Part shown: positions 62,020-64,000 of the stretch, piece by piece
Position numbering within the stretch: position 1 is the first letter of the stretch
Layout: each line of letters opens with the position of its first letter
From: Utricularia gibba
Lineage: Eukaryota > Plantae > Magnoliophyta
Reading direction: 5' to 3'
NCBI GenBank assembly: GCA_002189035.1
Contig: NEEC01000002.1
Location: 5,022,001-5,086,000, forward strand
DNA: 64,000 nucleotides
Translations under genes and position numbers: made by a program
Notes under the pieces: generated by a model
Databases searched by the model: none
Told to the model about the DNA's origin: nothing
Seen by the model: only the letters and a program-made list of their open reading frames with translations

Positions 62020-64000
62020 AAAAAAAAAGTTTGATGAATAGCTCTATCTGGAAATTCTTGGCTATTCAACTCTACTTTTTGTAGGTATTAGCTAAATCGC
62101 TTAACTTTTAGCATAAATAAAAATAATTAATTATTGCTTACGAAAAATAATAATAGAAAATTAAATATATATTATATATATATTTATTTATTTATTCATT
62201 AAATTTTATATAACTAATATATAGCTAAAAATATAATTTTAAAAATATAACATAATTAATTATTTAATAATACATACCTGTAAATATAATTATGTATTAT
62301 GTATCATGGTTCATTATTTATAAAATCTTCATTATGTTTATATATTTTATTAAATAATAAATTAATTGCTATTATATTATTTATATATGTTATATATTTC
62401 TTTAAATAATATATTAATTACAATTATACTACATTTACAAATATATTCATTACATTGATATATTTATGTAAAAAATTAATCAATTACACCTATATTATTT
62501 GTACATATTTATATTTATTTAAATAATAAATTAATTACACATATTAATATCTCCCTAAATAATATATTAATTATACATTTAATTCTCTAAATAATGGAAT
62601 AGTAACGTATATAATATTTGTATATATCTTCATTAATTACTATATATTCTAAATAATGTATTTTTATACATATATTTGTTATATTAATATATTTTCCTAA
62701 ATGTATTTAAGTAAAAATATTTATATAAATTATTGATTATGTGTTTCTGAAAATTTTCACTAATTAACTAAAAAGTTCATCCATATATGTTTTTGTTTAA
62801 TATATACACGAAAAATATCCATAATACATATGTTTTCATAATATTAATAAGTCAAATGCAAATACATCTTAATAATAAATTGAGAAACAAATAATATACT
62901 TTAACTTAAATATTAATGTCTATTTTTGGAAAATATTCCTGAATACACTTCTTTCTCTGGATGTTGATTTACGAGGCTGACCTGAATTCGGTATGCTACG
63001 TATGTCTTGTGATGATGATCCCTCCATAAGTGCTGTATAATGGAATGAATGCCTAGAGTCTGCACCGAATGCATCCATCGTATTCGGCATCGGAGGGGGT
63101 CTTGATGCATATGAGGAATGTCGTGCGTTCTAAGACACTATACTACCTCTCACTTGTTGGCTCGGTGCTGATTGTCTTGACTTATGGGATTGAGCTGATG
63201 TTCTGTGGTGTGATGAACCGACTCCCCAATCCATTTGTCCATGCACTCGAGTTGTTGTATCTCGTCCAGAATGACGATGTTCACCTCGTCTGCTAGGATC
63301 CGGTACCAACAAGAAAGGAGCATCGTCCCAATCAGCTTCATCTCGTATGGGATTAAAGTCATTTGAGTACGTAACAATAAGTGTCTTCACCGAGTACAAC
63401 CTATCAATAACCTTATGTGGAGGTATATTGAAAGAGTGGTATGCCTATATGATAATAAAAATTAGATGTTGAAATATAGATAATATTATAACATGGTACT
63501 TGAAATAGAGATATACCTGTTGTATATGGTTGCATGGAATTCAATAGGTTTGCCAAAAACCACAGCTACATGTTCTATTGGAAATATTGACGATATGAAT
63601 AACCCTGCGTGTAGGGCCAATCTTGGATACAGAGGCTGTCATCGTAGCTCCACTGTAATCTTCAACCCATAGGCCAGAAAGATTATTAGAACCTCTCTGA
63701 AAGAGATCTTCACACTTTTCGACCAACTTAATTCATCGTCAAACCATTCGGTGAGCAGCGGCCACCCTATCTATAAATATTCTTTTGCCTTATTGAGTGT
63801 TGTCTACAATTATCAAAAGAGTAGTTAAAGAAGATGTCTTAAAAGAATTGAGATGTGTGAATGTCATACCTTGGCAATAGATGTAGGTGGTAGGCAACGC
63901 TCTCCTTGAAAATCCCCGTTTATTGCTTCGGCATGGTTTGTAGTTATAATACCAAATCTGAATATCATGAATTAGAAGTCACATATGGAAGTAAAGTTGA
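62020..64000 (-). mobile_element. MuDR/Mutator element, 3' part; continues beyond the window
   Basis: SWIM motif NRTCSCGFWQ, post-SWIM YSVKTLIVTYSNDFNPI..EADW, an AT-rich tail, and a possible terminus near 62020. Confidence 0.78.

Noticed and set aside
1-64000. tRNA, rRNA, snoRNA or miRNA genes
   Set aside because: None recognised by eye. A covariance-model scan (tRNAscan-SE, Infernal/Rfam) would be needed to exclude them.

Overview
Plant (eudicot) nuclear DNA: nine compact, small-intron genes separated by dense, nested transposon graveyards. Genes read by hand-splicing: PRORP (protein-only RNase P, -), a plastidic-glucose-transporter-like MFS gene (+, head-to-head with PRORP), a SPEAR/TIE-like EAR repressor (-), two conserved plant proteins of unknown function (+), cytosolic ribulose-phosphate 3-epimerase with a 5-nt microexon (+), an AP1/FUL MADS-box gene (+), BASL-like (+) and MBP2C-like (-). 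Transposons with readable ends: a Pong-like PIF/Harbinger (74-3868, TAA TSD), two solo LTRs with TSDs, a ULP1-carrying MULE (8486-14396, 10-bp TSD) and a three-level hAT>hAT>Harbinger nest (about 39.9-48.8 kb). Also present are a Copia remnant containing a Gypsy gag fragment and several minisatellites. I found no convincing new multi-gene system. The best leads are a ~350-bp tandem repeat with a conserved palindrome, the Copia/Gypsy chimera and the diverged FUL-BASL-MBP2C cluster. All calls come from manual reading; no database search was run, and boundaries without a TSD or splice site are approximate.
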